Assembly: GCA_040219295.1 (NCBI GenBank)
Contig: JAVJST010000005.1
Coordinates: 795,557 to 859,556, forward strand
Length of the DNA: 64,000 bases
Reading direction: 5' to 3'
Source: Rhodospirillales bacterium
GTDB lineage: Bacteria > Pseudomonadota > Alphaproteobacteria > Rhodospirillales > Casp-alpha2
A model generated the notes under the pieces. It ran no database searches, was not told the DNA's origin, and saw only the letters and a program-made list of their open reading frames with translations. The translations under genes were made by a program, and so were the position numbers. Below, in pieces: positions 35,880 to 46,528 of the stretch; position 1 is the stretch's first letter, and the number at the start of each line of letters is the position of its first letter.

Positions 35880-37091
35880 TTGCCGACAGGATCCAACAGC
35901 TACGTCGCCGCGGCGCAGGCACTGGCCCCCGGCTTCGCCGAACGTGCACCGCGTTGGGACAAAACGCGGGCATATTGTTGGGATAGTGTTCGCGAACTCA
36001 CCGATGCCGGATTGCTGGGCATGACCATTCCTGAAGCCTACGGCGGTGGCGGCGCCAATTTTCATGACGTGGTGCTGGTGGTCGAGGAGATCGCCCGAGC
36101 CTGTACGTTGTCGGCTCGGATCGTCGTCGAAGCCAACATGGGCGGGATCAGCGCGATCATGGCCTACGGGACCGAGGAGCAGAAACGCCTGTGCGCACCA
36201 ATCGTCCTGGCGGGCGACAAGCCGGCAATCTGCATCACCGAACCTGATGCGGGTAGTGCAGCGACGGAGATGTCGACCACCGCCCGGCGGTCCGGCGACA
36301 CATACATCGTCAACGGGACCAAGCACTGGATTACCGGCGGTGGCGTTTCGCGGCTTCACCTGGTTTTCGCCCGTGTTCTCGACGAACGGGGTGAGGATCT
36401 CGGCATAGGCGGTTTCATCGTCGTCTGCGATCCCGTCAACGGCGACCTGCCGAAGGGGTTCGAGATTGTCGGCCGGGAGCACACCATGGGTTTGTGCGGC
36501 ATGCCCGAGGCCGAGCTTCGTTTCTCCGACCTGGAGATCGATGCGGCCATGGCCCTCGTACCACCGTCCGGGTTTGGGCGTGGGTTCGCCGATCTGATGA
36601 ACGCATACAATTCCCAGCGCGTCGGCGCGGGCGCGATCGCCATGGGGGTCGCTGCGGGTGCGTTGGAGCATGCCAAGCGGTATCTCAAGGATCGGCGCCA
36701 GTTTGGCAGGCCGATCGCCGAGTTCCAGGGGTTGCAATGGATGCTCGCCGACCATGATGCCGCAGTGCACGCGTCGCGCCTGATGCTGCGCGAGGCAGCG
36801 TTATCGACCGGCCCCGACGGCAGCCGCTTCCCCGATCCGATGATGGCGGCGAGGGCGAAGATGTTTGCTTCGGAGACAGCTGTCCGGGCGGTCGATGCCG
36901 CGTTGCAGATGTTCGGCGCGCGGGGCTATGGTGATAAGGAGCCCCTGGAACGGATGTACCGGGACGTCAGGATGTTCACAATCGGTGGCGGCACCGCGCA
37001 GATATTGAAGACCCAAGTGGCAGCCAGGCTGCTCGGCATCAAAACACCGCAGACGCGCGACGGGTACGCTAAGCTGGCGAGGGCGGACTAG
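35880..37091 (+). CDS. acyl-CoA dehydrogenase
   Basis: ACAD pattern (GLLGMTIPEAYGGGG, CITEPDAGS, KHWITGGG, QRVGAGA, RRQFGRPIAEFQ, IGGGTAQI). I chose the in-frame TTG at 35880, 5 nt after GGAGG. The track start at 35784 would add an Arg-rich extension. Confidence 0.85.
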   Translation: MPTGSNSYVAAAQALAPGFAERAPRWDKTRAYCWDSVRELTDAGLLGMTIPEAYGGGGANFHDVVLVVEEIARACTLSARIVVEANMGGISAIMAYGTEEQKRLCAPIVLAGDKPAICITEPDAGSAATEMSTTARRSGDTYIVNGTKHWITGGGVSRLHLVFARVLDERGEDLGIGGFIVVCDPVNGDLPKGFEIVGREHTMGLCGMPEAELRFSDLEIDAAMALVPPSGFGRGFADLMNAYNSQRVGAGAIAMGVAAGALEHAKRYLKDRRQFGRPIAEFQGLQWMLADHDAAVHASRLMLREAALSTGPDGSRFPDPMMAARAKMFASETAVRAVDAALQMFGARGYGDKEPLERMYRDVRMFTIGGGTAQILKTQVAARLLGIKTPQTRDGYAKLARAD

Positions 37092-37106
37092 TCGGCCAAA
37101 ACGAAA

Positions 37107-37128
37107 CAGCCCCGCCGAAGCGGGGCTG
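37107..37128 (-). terminator. hairpin terminator after petC (possibly bidirectional with the ACAD gene)
   Basis: CAGCCCCGC-cgaa-GCGGGGCTG, a 9-bp stem. On the minus strand it is followed by TTTCGTTTTGG. Confidence 0.7.
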
Positions 37129-37154
37129 TCTCAAGTCGTCTGCGATCCTGCGCC

Positions 37155-37937
37155 TCAATGGACGTCAGACCAGATCTTGCGCTTTAACGCATACGCAAAT
37201 CCGGTGAACACGATAAGAAAAATGATCACCTTGATGCCGAGACGCTTGCGCTCCTCAAGTTCTGGCTCGGCCGCCCACGCGAGGAACGTTGTGACGTCGG
37301 ACGCAATCTGTTCCACCGTCGCCGGCGTGCCGTCGGCGTACTCCACACCGTCTTCATAGATCGGTGCCGCCATCGCAATCTGATGACCTGGGAAGTAAGC
37401 GTTGTAACTCATCCCCTCGAGCAGGTCGAAGCCGGCGGGCGGTTCCTCATAACCGGTCAGCAGGGCATGAAGATAGTCGGCGCCACCGGCACGCGCCTTG
37501 GTCATCAGCGATAGGTCCGGCGGCAGGGCGCCGGCATTCGCGGCCCGCGCCGCGTTGTCGTTCGCGAACGGGCTGGCAAAGTGGTCAGACGGCCGCGCCG
37601 GACGGGTGTACATATCACCTTCCTCGTCCGGGCCGTCGGTGACCTCGAACTGGGCGGCGAAGGTCTTGATTTCGGCCTCGGAGAAACCGATGCTGCCGAG
37701 GTTGCGATAGGCGACGAGCTCCAGGCTGTGGCATGCGCTGCAGACCTCAGCATACACCTGCAGGCCGCGCCGCAGGGCTGGCCGTTCGAACGTGCCGAAC
37801 GGCCCTTCCCACGACCACTGGCGGTCGGGAATATCGATCGCCGGTCCGGCGGCGTGACTGTCGCTGCCCGTGATCACCACGCCCCCAAGGGCGACAGCTG
37901 CCAGGAGAACGAGCGAAGAAACGGTATTTCTCATCAT
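37155..37937 (-). CDS. petC: cytochrome c1 (bc1 complex)
   Basis: Signal peptide MMRNTVSSLVLLAAVALGG..., heme motif CSACHS, and a C-terminal TM anchor IIFLIVFTGFAYAL. The start at 37937 follows GGGAGAG. The 537-aa track ORF runs into petB in another frame. Confidence 0.9.
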   Translation of the reverse strand: MMRNTVSSLVLLAAVALGGVVITGSDSHAAGPAIDIPDRQWSWEGPFGTFERPALRRGLQVYAEVCSACHSLELVAYRNLGSIGFSEAEIKTFAAQFEVTDGPDEEGDMYTRPARPSDHFASPFANDNAARAANAGALPPDLSLMTKARAGGADYLHALLTGYEEPPAGFDLLEGMSYNAYFPGHQIAMAAPIYEDGVEYADGTPATVEQIASDVTTFLAWAAEPELEERKRLGIKVIIFLIVFTGFAYALKRKIWSDVH

Positions 37938-37954
37938 ATCTCTCCCTCGTCCGA

Positions 37955-39229
37955 TCAATGGGCCGACTTGGTGACGGCCGCTGAGATGCTCTCGGGCACG
38001 GGCCGTGGCCGTTCGAGAATGCCGAGCAGCGGAATGATGACGATCAGGTGCAGGAAGTACCAGGTCGTCGCGAGCTGACCGATGAGCACGTAAGCGCCCT
38101 CGGCCGGCTTGCCGCCGATGTAGCCAAGCAGCACGCAGTCCGCCAGGAAAATCCAGAAGAACTGCTTGTAAACCGGACGGAACTTCGAGCTGCGGACCTT
38201 GGAACGGTCGAGCCATGGCAGCAGCATTAGCAGGATAATCGACGCAAACATCGCCAGCACGCCGGCGAGTTTCGCCGTCATCAACCAGCCACCGAGCGAA
38301 ATGATCTGATAAACGAAGAAGTCGTCCGTAAACGCCCGCAGGATCGCGTAGAACGGGAGGAAGTACCATTCCGGCACGATGTGCGGCGGCGTCACCAGGG
38401 GATTCGCCTCGATATAGTTGTCCGGGTGGCCGAGGTAGTTCGGCGCGTAGAACACGAACAGCATGAAGAAGATCAGGAACACGCCAAGGCCGAACAGGTC
38501 CTTGACCGTGTAGTAGGGATGGAACGGTATCTGGTCCTGCGGTCCCTTGACGTCGACACCGATCGGGTTGTTGGAGCCGAAACGGTGCAAGGCCCAGATA
38601 TGTACAAACACCAGCCCGAAGATCACGAACGGCATCAAGTAATGCAGTGCGAAAAACTTGTTCAGGGTCGGATTGTCGACCGAGAAGCCGCCCCACAACC
38701 AAGTCACCAGTTGGTCGCCGACCAGCGGGATCGCCGAGAACAGGTTGGTGATCACGGTGGCGCCCCAAAAACTCATCTGGCCCCAGGGCAACACATAACC
38801 CATGAATGCCGTCGCCATCATGGCAAGCAGGATGAGAACGCCAATAATCCAGAGAATCTCGCGCGGCGCCTTGTATGAGCCGTAATACAGCCCCCGGAAC
38901 ATGTGGATGTAGACGACGATAAAGAACATCGACGCACCGTTCATGTGAATGTAACGGATCAGCCAGCCGTAATTAACGTCGCGCATGATCCGTTCAACCG
39001 ACGCGAAAGCGTAATCGACATGCGCGGTGTACTGCATCGCCAGCACGATGCCGGTCACGATCATGATAACCAGCACGATGCCGGCCAGCGAACCGAAGTT
39101 CCACATGTAGTTAAGATTCTTGGGCGTGGGATACCCGGAACCCAGGGAATGATCGACGAAGCTGAAGATCGGCAGGCGATATTCGATCCACTTGACGACC
39201 GGATTTTCGTAAATGCCACCAGAGGCCAT
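37955..39229 (-). CDS. petB: cytochrome b (bc1 complex)
   Basis: [52 protein letters not shown] motifs. Confidence 0.95.
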   Translation of the reverse strand: MASGGIYENPVVKWIEYRLPIFSFVDHSLGSGYPTPKNLNYMWNFGSLAGIVLVIMIVTGIVLAMQYTAHVDYAFASVERIMRDVNYGWLIRYIHMNGASMFFIVVYIHMFRGLYYGSYKAPREILWIIGVLILLAMMATAFMGYVLPWGQMSFWGATVITNLFSAIPLVGDQLVTWLWGGFSVDNPTLNKFFALHYLMPFVIFGLVFVHIWALHRFGSNNPIGVDVKGPQDQIPFHPYYTVKDLFGLGVFLIFFMLFVFYAPNYLGHPDNYIEANPLVTPPHIVPEWYFLPFYAILRAFTDDFFVYQIISLGGWLMTAKLAGVLAMFASIILLMLLPWLDRSKVRSSKFRPVYKQFFWIFLADCVLLGYIGGKPAEGAYVLIGQLATTWYFLHLIVIIPLLGILERPRPVPESISAAVTKSAH

Positions 39230-39240
39230 GATCTATCTCC

Positions 39241-39810
39241 TCAACCGATGCGAACCGACGTTTCGTCGAGAAACGTGTATTCGGGTATGGGCAGGTTCAA
39301 CGGCGCCGGGCCCTTGCGGATGCGACCTGAGGTGTCGTAGTGCGAGCCGTGGCAGGGGCAGAACCAACCGCCGAACTCGCCTTTCGGTTCGCCGGTCTTC
39401 TGGCCGAGGGGGATGCAACCGAGGTGAGTGCAGACACCGACCATGACGAGCCATTGAGGCTCCTGAACGCGCTCCGCGTCGGCCTGTGGATCGGGGAGGT
39501 CGGCAAGCGCGACGCTCTCGGCGTCGGCGATCTCGTTGGCAGTCCGGTGACGGATGAATACCGGTTTGCCGCGCCACATCACCGTGATGCTTTGGCCTTC
39601 CTCGATAGGCGACAGATCAACCTCGGTCGATGACAGCGCCAAGGTATCGGCGGCAGGGTTCATGCTGTCGATAAACGGCCAGGCAGCCAGCGCTGCGCCG
39701 ACGGCGCCCATGGTGGCCGTCGTGACGATCAGGAAATCGCGACGGTTCGTGTCGTCGCCTTCACCTGGCCCCTCGGGTGAATGGGTCGCTGGATTCGCGG
39801 TTTCTGACAT
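39241..39810 (-). CDS. petA: ubiquinol-cytochrome c reductase Rieske iron-sulfur subunit
   Basis: Tat motif NRRDFLIV plus Rieske boxes CTHLGC and CPCHGSHYD. Confidence 0.95.
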   Translation of the reverse strand: MSETANPATHSPEGPGEGDDTNRRDFLIVTTATMGAVGAALAAWPFIDSMNPAADTLALSSTEVDLSPIEEGQSITVMWRGKPVFIRHRTANEIADAESVALADLPDPQADAERVQEPQWLVMVGVCTHLGCIPLGQKTGEPKGEFGGWFCPCHGSHYDTSGRIRKGPAPLNLPIPEYTFLDETSVRIG

Positions 39811-40035
39811 CTATAGCCCCCTTGGCTAGAAGCGAACCAATTGTTGACTGTGAGTCCCCTGGTTCATTTCCCGGTAGGTTATCATGCGGGCCCGTGAGAG
39901 CCAGCGGGTATGTAAAAAATAACGGAAACCGCCGTACGTGACAGCTTCCGCGTGGAAATGCGTATAATGCATCTGCCGGGCCTTTAAAAGGCCCAAAATG
40001 GCTGTTTCTTAGGCTTTCACACGGAGCTTCAAGCG

Positions 40036-40416
40036 ATGTTCAGTCACGTCACCATCGGCACCAACGACCTGACCCGAGCGACGGCCTTTTACGACGCGGT
40101 TTTCGCCGCTCTTGGTCATGGGAGCTTCGCCATCGGAGGCAACTACAAGGGCTACGGCGCGGCCGACGGCGATCAGGTCTGGATTACCCTGCCAGTGAAC
40201 GGTGAACCCGCGACGGCGGGCAACGGCTCGATGGTGGCGTTTCTCGCCGATACGCGTAGCAGCGTTGACGATGCTCACGGCGCTGCCATGGCCAACGGCG
40301 GCGCGGATGAGGGCGCACCCGGATTAAGGCCCCACTATCATGAGAATTACTATGGTGGCTACTTCCGCGATCCGGACGGCAACAAGATATGTGTCGTTTG
40401 CCACAGACCCGAATGA
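40036..40416 (+). CDS. VOC (glyoxalase/bleomycin resistance)-family protein
   Basis: MFSHVTIGTNDLTRATAFYDAV...YFRDPDGNKI is a typical VOC fold signature. Confidence 0.75.
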   Translation: MFSHVTIGTNDLTRATAFYDAVFAALGHGSFAIGGNYKGYGAADGDQVWITLPVNGEPATAGNGSMVAFLADTRSSVDDAHGAAMANGGADEGAPGLRPHYHENYYGGYFRDPDGNKICVVCHRPE

Positions 40417-40428
40417 TGCCAGTTTCGC

Positions 40429-40905
40429 ATGCCCGTTCGATGCGCCCTTTATCAGCCTGATATCCCGCAGAACGCCGGCACGGTGATCCGCACGGCGATG
40501 TGCCTCGGCGTCGGCCTCGATATCATTGAACCGATGGGATTCTTGTGGAACGAGAAGCGATTGCGCCGAGCCGGCATGGACTACCTCGACCGCGCCGACG
40601 TTGTGCGTCACCGGTCCTGGTTGGATTACCGCAAGGCCGTCGAGGGAACCGGTCGGTTGGTATTGATGACCACTCGGGGTGCGACGCGGCTCGACGGTTT
40701 CCAGTTCGAGGATGGCGACCACCTGATCCTTGGACGGGAAAGTGCAGGTGTGCCCGATGACGTGCACGACGCTGCCGACGCGCGGGTCGTCATTCCTCTC
40801 GTGCCGGGCATGCGATCATTGAACGTCGCGGCCGCAGCCGCTATCTCGATAGCCGAGGCTCTACGCCAGTTGAACCGTCTACCCGCCGACACGTCCAGAG
40901 GATAA
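40429..40905 (+). CDS. trmL: tRNA (cytidine/uridine-2'-O)-methyltransferase TrmL (SpoU family)
   Basis: [27 protein letters not shown] and [11 protein letters not shown] (SPOUT knot motifs). Confidence 0.85.
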   Translation: MPVRCALYQPDIPQNAGTVIRTAMCLGVGLDIIEPMGFLWNEKRLRRAGMDYLDRADVVRHRSWLDYRKAVEGTGRLVLMTTRGATRLDGFQFEDGDHLILGRESAGVPDDVHDAADARVVIPLVPGMRSLNVAAAAAISIAEALRQLNRLPADTSRG

Positions 40906-40912
40906 GCCAAAG

Positions 40913-41830
40913 ATGCCCGATACCGAAGAACTCGATGCCCGAAAGATGGCCGCGGCTGACTGGTTCGCCGGCGTCCGGGATCGCCTGTGCGACGCCTTGG
41001 AGGCATGCGAGGACGATTGCGCCGGGCCGAGCGGTAGCGACTCGCTGCCACCCGGCCGGTTCGAACGGACTAAATGGAACCGCGGTGCACAAGCCTCCCA
41101 GGCGCGATCGGGAAACGACGAAGCACGTGGCGGGGAAGACGGCGGCGGCGGCACGATGTCGGTGCTGCGCGAGGGGCGGGTCTTTGAGAAAGCCGGGGTC
41201 AATGTGTCGACGGTGTGGGGCGAGTTCTCCGAGGAGTTTCGTAGCCGAATGCCGGGCGCCGACACGGACCCTAGATTTTGGGCGTCCGGCATCTCGGTTG
41301 TCGTTCATCCGCGCAACCCACTTGTACCGGCGGCGCACATGAACACCCGGATGATCGTGACCAGCCAGACCTGGTTCGGTGGCGGGGGTGACCTGACGCC
41401 GGTGTTTCCCGATACGGACGAAACCGCGGCTTTCCATGCGTGTTACCAGCGCGCGTGCGATGCCCACGATCCGGCGTACTACCCGAAGTTCAAGAAGTGG
41501 TGCGACGAGTACTTTTTCCTGCCGCACCGAAACGAACCTCGCGGGGTCGGCGGCATCTTTTATGACAATCTGGATACCGGCGACTGGGAAGCGGACTTCG
41601 CCTTTACCCGTGACGTCGGAGATGCCTTCATCGAAGCCTATCCGACGGCCGTTCGCGCCAAGTTCGATTTGCCGTGGACCGACGATCAACGCCAGGCGCA
41701 GCGCGTTAAACGGGGACGCTACGTGGAGTTTAATCTGCTCTACGACCGGGGAACCATCTTCGGTCTCAAGACCGGGGGGAACACGGATGCCATCCTCATG
41801 TCCCTGCCGCCGGACGTTGCTTGGCCATGA
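40913..41830 (+). CDS. hemF: oxygen-dependent coproporphyrinogen-III oxidase
   Basis: [70 protein letters not shown]. It contains a Gly/acidic insertion near aa 55-80. Confidence 0.92.
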   Translation: MPDTEELDARKMAAADWFAGVRDRLCDALEACEDDCAGPSGSDSLPPGRFERTKWNRGAQASQARSGNDEARGGEDGGGGTMSVLREGRVFEKAGVNVSTVWGEFSEEFRSRMPGADTDPRFWASGISVVVHPRNPLVPAAHMNTRMIVTSQTWFGGGGDLTPVFPDTDETAAFHACYQRACDAHDPAYYPKFKKWCDEYFFLPHRNEPRGVGGIFYDNLDTGDWEADFAFTRDVGDAFIEAYPTAVRAKFDLPWTDDQRQAQRVKRGRYVEFNLLYDRGTIFGLKTGGNTDAILMSLPPDVAWP

Positions 41831-42522
41831 TCCGCGACTCGCGAGCGGTAAAGCAATGCCTTGTCCGGACGATGGCCGCATTCCTGGCCGTACTCGCGTC
41901 AGCCGGCGGGCTGGGCGCCGAGACGTTCGTCAGTCGTGGGGTGGAGTTCTCGGACGAGCTTGGCGGTTTTAGGTTGCTCGGCGTCACAGGCCAAGGGACC
42001 AAGTACGATCCGTTCATCGTCGCCGAGGAAATGCTGGGGCCGGGAACCGCAGTACTCGTCATTCGCGGCCTGGGCGGCCTCACTCATCAGGGATTCACGA
42101 CCCCGGCGCAAGGATTCCGGATCCGCAAGGTCGTGCTTAACGGCACGGGCAGGGCGTGGCGGCAATTCGATCTCGAACTGCGCGAGATACTCGATGAGCC
42201 AAGTTCGTATGCGGACGGATTGTCCTTTGATCAGGTTCAGATTGTCGAGCGGCCGTTTACGTCCGACCGTTTCATTTTTTCCAATGAGTTGCGCGAACCC
42301 TATGATGGCGTTCAGTTCAGCGGCGGCGTTGTGCCCGCCGGAGACGTCGTCTCGTTCAATTTCGCGATCACCGATCCGACGCCGATACCGGAGTTCTATC
42401 TCATGCAGACGGCATCCGGGCCAGTCGCTGCCATTCCGGGCGTTCCAGATCTACAGGTAGCCCGGGTCAGGCAGCATACCGACGTCGAAGTTCCTCCAGG
42501 CAGTCGTCCCGGGACGCGTTAA
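41821..42522 (+). CDS. hypothetical secreted protein
   Basis: Signal-like [19 protein letters not shown] followed by a ~200-aa region of unknown family. It overlaps the hemF 3' end by 10 nt and converges into cca by 56 nt. The start may be 41872. Confidence 0.5.
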   Translation: MAMIRDSRAVKQCLVRTMAAFLAVLASAGGLGAETFVSRGVEFSDELGGFRLLGVTGQGTKYDPFIVAEEMLGPGTAVLVIRGLGGLTHQGFTTPAQGFRIRKVVLNGTGRAWRQFDLELREILDEPSSYADGLSFDQVQIVERPFTSDRFIFSNELREPYDGVQFSGGVVPAGDVVSFNFAITDPTPIPEFYLMQTASGPVAAIPGVPDLQVARVRQHTDVEVPPGSRPGTR

Positions 42523-43777
42523 AGCCGCCGGCGGCCCACCAGTCCTCGACGGCGCGGAGCGCCTCGCCGATCGCCGGGCCTCGCTCGATCCCGAGGCGCA
42601 TGACATCGTGTCCCGTTAGCGGAAAAACCGGCGAGGTCCAGTCGCTGGCGAGTTCGAGAGTTTCGATCCATGCGGCAGTCCGTGTTGCCGGTACACGCGG
42701 TTCGTTGGCGACTTCTCCTGCCCACATCAGCAACACTCGATCGCGAAAAGCCTCGACACCGGAATCGTGGAGAGCTGCGCGCCGTTCGTCTAACGGCGAA
42801 TCCGGATCAATCCCGAGCGGTATCGCCATCGTGGCGAGACGTGATGTTTCGCGGTTGGAAAGACGCCAACGGTGAGCAATCGCGGCCGATGAGGTTTCGG
42901 CAGAACTCGGTTCGAGCGTCGCCGCAAGCCGCCGCATCCGGTCGGGGCCAACGCCGACCACCTTGATTGCCTTGGTCTCCAGCCACTCCACGGCGCGCAG
43001 CCTGCCGAGATCCGCAGCTTCGGGCAGAACCTCCTGAAGAACCTTCTCGCCGCGCATCATCAACAGAATCTCTGCGGAATTGGGGGCGGTGAGAATCTTC
43101 AGCATCTCGTCGCGGACGCGTTCCCCAGACAGGGATTTGAGATGATCCGCGGCCAGGCGACAGGCGACAAGTGCATCCGGGTTTGTCGGTTCGCGTCCGT
43201 GGGTGGCCCGAAACCGGAAAAACCGGAGAACTCGCAGGTAGTCCTCGGCGATTCGGTCGGATGGCCGGCCGATGAAGCGGACGTATCCATGAGCGAGATC
43301 CGGTATCCCCTCGAAAGGATCGTAAACCTCGCCGTTACGCGTCGCTGACAGAGCGTTGAATGTGAAGTCTCGCCGCCTCGCGTCGGCAATCCAGTCATCG
43401 GTGAACGCTACGGTCGCATGTCGGCCGTCGGTCTCCACATCCTTTCGCAGTGTCGTAATCTGAAAGGCATGCCTACCGGACACAGCTGTGACAGTGCCGT
43501 GTCGGATGCCTGTGGGCACCACCTTGATGCCCCGGCTGTCTAGGAATTCCATCACCTGTTCAGGACGTTCCGGTGTAGCGATGTCGATGTCGCTGACCGG
43601 CCGGTGCGCGATAGCGTCTCGGACACACCCGCCGACAAAGCGGGCCGGGTGTCCACCGGCTTCAATCGCGTCGAGTACGGCGATTGTATCCGGGTCGGAT
43701 AGCCACGGTTCCGGTCCCAGTTGTCCCGTGGGCGCCAACCCGTGAACCTCAAGCGTGTAGAGGTCAGTCTCGTTCAT
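42467..43777 (-). CDS. cca: CCA-adding tRNA nucleotidyltransferase / poly(A) polymerase-family protein
   Basis: FVGGCVRDA, DIDIAT and GIRHGTVT motifs of class II nucleotidyltransferases. Confidence 0.85.
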   Translation of the reverse strand: MNETDLYTLEVHGLAPTGQLGPEPWLSDPDTIAVLDAIEAGGHPARFVGGCVRDAIAHRPVSDIDIATPERPEQVMEFLDSRGIKVVPTGIRHGTVTAVSGRHAFQITTLRKDVETDGRHATVAFTDDWIADARRRDFTFNALSATRNGEVYDPFEGIPDLAHGYVRFIGRPSDRIAEDYLRVLRFFRFRATHGREPTNPDALVACRLAADHLKSLSGERVRDEMLKILTAPNSAEILLMMRGEKVLQEVLPEAADLGRLRAVEWLETKAIKVVGVGPDRMRRLAATLEPSSAETSSAAIAHRWRLSNRETSRLATMAIPLGIDPDSPLDERRAALHDSGVEAFRDRVLLMWAGEVANEPRVPATRTAAWIETLELASDWTSPVFPLTGHDVMRLGIERGPAIGEALRAVEDWWAAGGFNASRDDCLEELRRRYAA

Positions 43778-43827
43778 GCCGCAATTCTAGGGAGCGTGGC
43801 ACCGCACCGCTAGGGGGCATCACAATC

Positions 43828-44148
43828 CTAGCGATCCCGGTAGCCTTTGGCGGCATCGGACGGCGGTGTGTCCTCGAAATGTGGCTCGATGATACGTCCG
43901 TCTTCGAAACGCGGCGAGACGTAGGTCCGGTCGCCCGGCGACTCGCCGCCGGATAGGGCAAGGACGACGAGGGACAGGATGGCGAGCAACGCACCGATCA
44001 AAATCGAAATGAAAGCAGTTCCCTTCGTGAACGCGGGCGGTTCGTTTCCGTGGCGCTCGGCTCTCTTTTGGGCCCACCAGAGCCACGCCACGTAGACGGC
44101 AAAAGGCGCGAACAGCGGCAAGGCGACCTGGATCAGGAAGCGGGTCAT
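43828..44148 (-). CDS. small two-TM membrane protein
   Basis: MTRFLIQVALPLFAPFAVYVAWLWW...FISILIGALLAILSLVVLAL. ATGA overlap with the upstream NUDIX gene. Confidence 0.55.
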   Translation of the reverse strand: MTRFLIQVALPLFAPFAVYVAWLWWAQKRAERHGNEPPAFTKGTAFISILIGALLAILSLVVLALSGGESPGDRTYVSPRFEDGRIIEPHFEDTPPSDAAKGYRDR

Positions 44149-44795
44149 GACTTTTCGTCTCCCGTCGCAGATCCGTACGGTGACAGCAGAATCTCGTAAA
44201 AGTTCCGGATCATTCCCGCAGTCACGCCCCAGATACGGTAGTTCGCGTACGGCATGGCGTAGGCAAACCACTGCAGGTCGCCGAACCAGCGCTCCTCACG
44301 AAGATGATTGGCGGGATCAAGGAGAAAGCGAAGCGGGACCTCGAAGACTTCTGCCACCTCGAAGGGGTCCGGAACCATCTGAAACGGGGTTTGGACACGC
44401 CCGACGACCGGAGTGACGGAGAAGCCCGTTGCCGTCAGGTAAGTATCGAGCCGACCAAGCACTTCTATCCTCTCCGGCGCGATGCCAATCTCTTCTTCCG
44501 TCTCGCGGAGCGCGGTGCTGATTGGGCCTTCATCGCCGGGGTCGACCCGTCCCCCGGGGAAACTGATCTGTCCGGGATGGTCCTTCAGCTTATCGGTCCG
44601 TTTCGTCAGGATCACTGTCGTTCCCTCGTCACGTTCGACGAGCGGCACCAGGACCGCCGCAGGAGTCAACGGCTCCTTGGCACGGAAGTGAGGATTGAGC
44701 ACATGACAGCCCTTATCTGAATCCGCGTCCACACGCTTCGCGAGATGACGGCGGACGCCGCTGGCGTCCGTTTCGATCGCTACCAACCTGTTCAC
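44145..44795 (-). CDS. NUDIX hydrolase, CoA pyrophosphatase-like
   Basis: Nudix box GGRVDPGDEGPISTALRETEEEIGI preceded by the ILTKRTDKLKDHPGQISFPGG motif typical of NudL-type CoA pyrophosphatases. Confidence 0.8.
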   Translation of the reverse strand: MNRLVAIETDASGVRRHLAKRVDADSDKGCHVLNPHFRAKEPLTPAAVLVPLVERDEGTTVILTKRTDKLKDHPGQISFPGGRVDPGDEGPISTALRETEEEIGIAPERIEVLGRLDTYLTATGFSVTPVVGRVQTPFQMVPDPFEVAEVFEVPLRFLLDPANHLREERWFGDLQWFAYAMPYANYRIWGVTAGMIRNFYEILLSPYGSATGDEKS

Positions 44796-45430
44796 GGCCT
44801 GGCTCCGGCGGCGTCACCAATGCTGCCCAATGGAAAGAATACGCCGCTGCTCCAAACACCCATCACAGGGACACCGTCTATCTCGATTTCTTCGCTTTCC
44901 TCCACCAGCTGGTAAAAGACCGACCTCGCGATGAGTGCCTCAAGTCGGCCACGCACCACGATGTACGGGCGAGGTTCGCCCGTTTCAGGATTCACTTCGA
45001 CCCTGATCGGGTGCTCGTCGTCGAGCGGCACGATGTCGTCGACGTTGGTTCTGATCCTGATGATCGGTTCATCGTCGGACGTCTTGTCGCCGAGATCGAT
45101 CAGTTCCAGTCCGACGAAAGGCGCGTCTTCGACAATGATTCGTGCGACTTCGGCGGGCGTGACCATCCAGTATCCGCCGTCGTCGTCACGGTAGAGAACT
45201 TTTGAGAACAGATTGACCAGCCCCTTCCGGTTGATCTTGCCGCCTTCATGGAACCACTGTCCTTTTGCATCGATGCGAATATCGATGTCGCCGCATAGCA
45301 CGCGACCGGGCTTTTCAAGCAGTTGCCGGACGTCGGCGGCGAGATCGGACTGATCAGGCGGCGGTCCTTTGGCGCGGCCAAAATCGATCGGCAGGGGTTT
45401 CACCTTCGTGTGATCCTCGCGAATTGTCAT
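44792..45430 (-). CDS. DUF1285-domain protein
   Basis: IDAKGQWFHEGGKINRKGLVNLFSKVLYRDDDGGYWMVTPAEVARIIVEDAPF matches the DUF1285 pattern. 4-nt overlap with the NUDIX gene. Confidence 0.7.
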   Translation of the reverse strand: MTIREDHTKVKPLPIDFGRAKGPPPDQSDLAADVRQLLEKPGRVLCGDIDIRIDAKGQWFHEGGKINRKGLVNLFSKVLYRDDDGGYWMVTPAEVARIIVEDAPFVGLELIDLGDKTSDDEPIIRIRTNVDDIVPLDDEHPIRVEVNPETGEPRPYIVVRGRLEALIARSVFYQLVEESEEIEIDGVPVMGVWSSGVFFPLGSIGDAAGARP

Positions 45431-45499
45431 ACTGCAACCAATTGAAGTGTGGCCAAAGAGTCACCACAATACGTGTAATAGATATGGAGTTCCCTGCAT

Positions 45500-46528
45500 T
45501 TGGCAACTGTACCCGATCCTGCCGCTGGCGCGTCGGCGAGTTCCGAAACCTCGGCCGAGGCGGTCAAGCGAATTGAAGGGCTGAGCGAACAGCTCGGCAG
45601 CGTGCGTAGCGCTGTAAGCCGCGTCATCATTGGTCTCGACGAGGTCGTGGACGAGACGTTGATCACGCTGCTCGCGGGCGGCCATGTTTTGCTCATTGGG
45701 GTGCCCGGTTTGGGAAAGACGAAACTGGTTGAAACCCTCAGCGTGGTGTTTGGTCTCGACGAACGGCGTATCCAATGCACGCCCGATCTGATGCCGGCAG
45801 ACATCCTTGGTTCAGAAGTGCTCGACGATACGGATGGCAAGGGCCGGTCATTTCGTTTCCTGCCGGGCCCCGTGTTTTCGCAGTTGCTAATGGCGGACGA
45901 AATCAACCGGGCCAGCCCGCGTACCCAGTCTGCACTTCTGCAGGCCATGCAAGAGCGGCGCGTGTCAGTCGCCGGCCAATATCACGACCTGCCGAGGCCG
46001 TTTCACGTGCTGGCAACCCAAAATCCTCTCGAGCAGGAGGGCACCTATCCGCTTCCCGAGGCCCAGCTCGACCGTTTCCTGATGCAGGTCAACGTCAGCT
46101 ATCCGGACATGGCATCGGAGCGCCAGATTCTTTTGGACACGACGGGCGCCCACGAAGTCGAGCCGAAGGCGGCTATGACGGCGGCCCAGTTGCTTGAGGC
46201 GCAGAGGCTAATCCGCCATGTGCCCGTGGCGGATGGCGTGGTCGATTCAATCTTGCGATTGGTCCGGAGCGGTCGTCCGGAATCGTCGGAGATCGAAGAA
46301 GTCCGCGAGCACGTCGCCTGGGGTCCGGGTCCTCGCGCCAGTCAGGCCCTAATGCTGGCCGTTCGAGCGCGTGCTGTCCTCGACGGCCGTCTCGCCCCGA
46401 GCAGCGAAGACGTCGCCGCCCTTGCCGCACCCGTACTGCGACACAGGATGGCGCTCAATTTCGCGGCGCGTGCGGAGGGTGTGACGCTGAGGGCGATCAT
46501 CTCACGCATGCTGGTCGAGGCGGCTTGA
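45500..46528 (+). CDS. MoxR-family AAA+ ATPase
   Basis: Walker A HVLLIGVPGLGKT, Walker B LLMADEINRASPRTQSALLQAMQE, and ATQNPLEQEGTYPLPEAQLDRF. The track start is TTG. Confidence 0.9.
   Translation: MATVPDPAAGASASSETSAEAVKRIEGLSEQLGSVRSAVSRVIIGLDEVVDETLITLLAGGHVLLIGVPGLGKTKLVETLSVVFGLDERRIQCTPDLMPADILGSEVLDDTDGKGRSFRFLPGPVFSQLLMADEINRASPRTQSALLQAMQERRVSVAGQYHDLPRPFHVLATQNPLEQEGTYPLPEAQLDRFLMQVNVSYPDMASERQILLDTTGAHEVEPKAAMTAAQLLEAQRLIRHVPVADGVVDSILRLVRSGRPESSEIEEVREHVAWGPGPRASQALMLAVRARAVLDGRLAPSSEDVAALAAPVLRHRMALNFAARAEGVTLRAIISRMLVEAA

Noticed and set aside
37155-38768. 537-aa track ORF suggesting a giant cytochrome c1 fusion.
   Set aside because: Only the last 260 aa (from MMRNTVSS at 37937, preceded by an SD) are c1-like. 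The upstream 277 aa run through petB in a different frame and are Arg/Pro-rich nonsense.
39978-39994. Palindrome GGGCCTTTaAAAGGCCC and a TATAAT hexamer (39963-39968) between petA and the VOC gene.
   Set aside because: It could be a small hairpin or a binding site, but there is only a single copy. The -35 spacing to TATAAT is poor and there is no U-tract. This is too weak to call as a promoter, terminator or operator.
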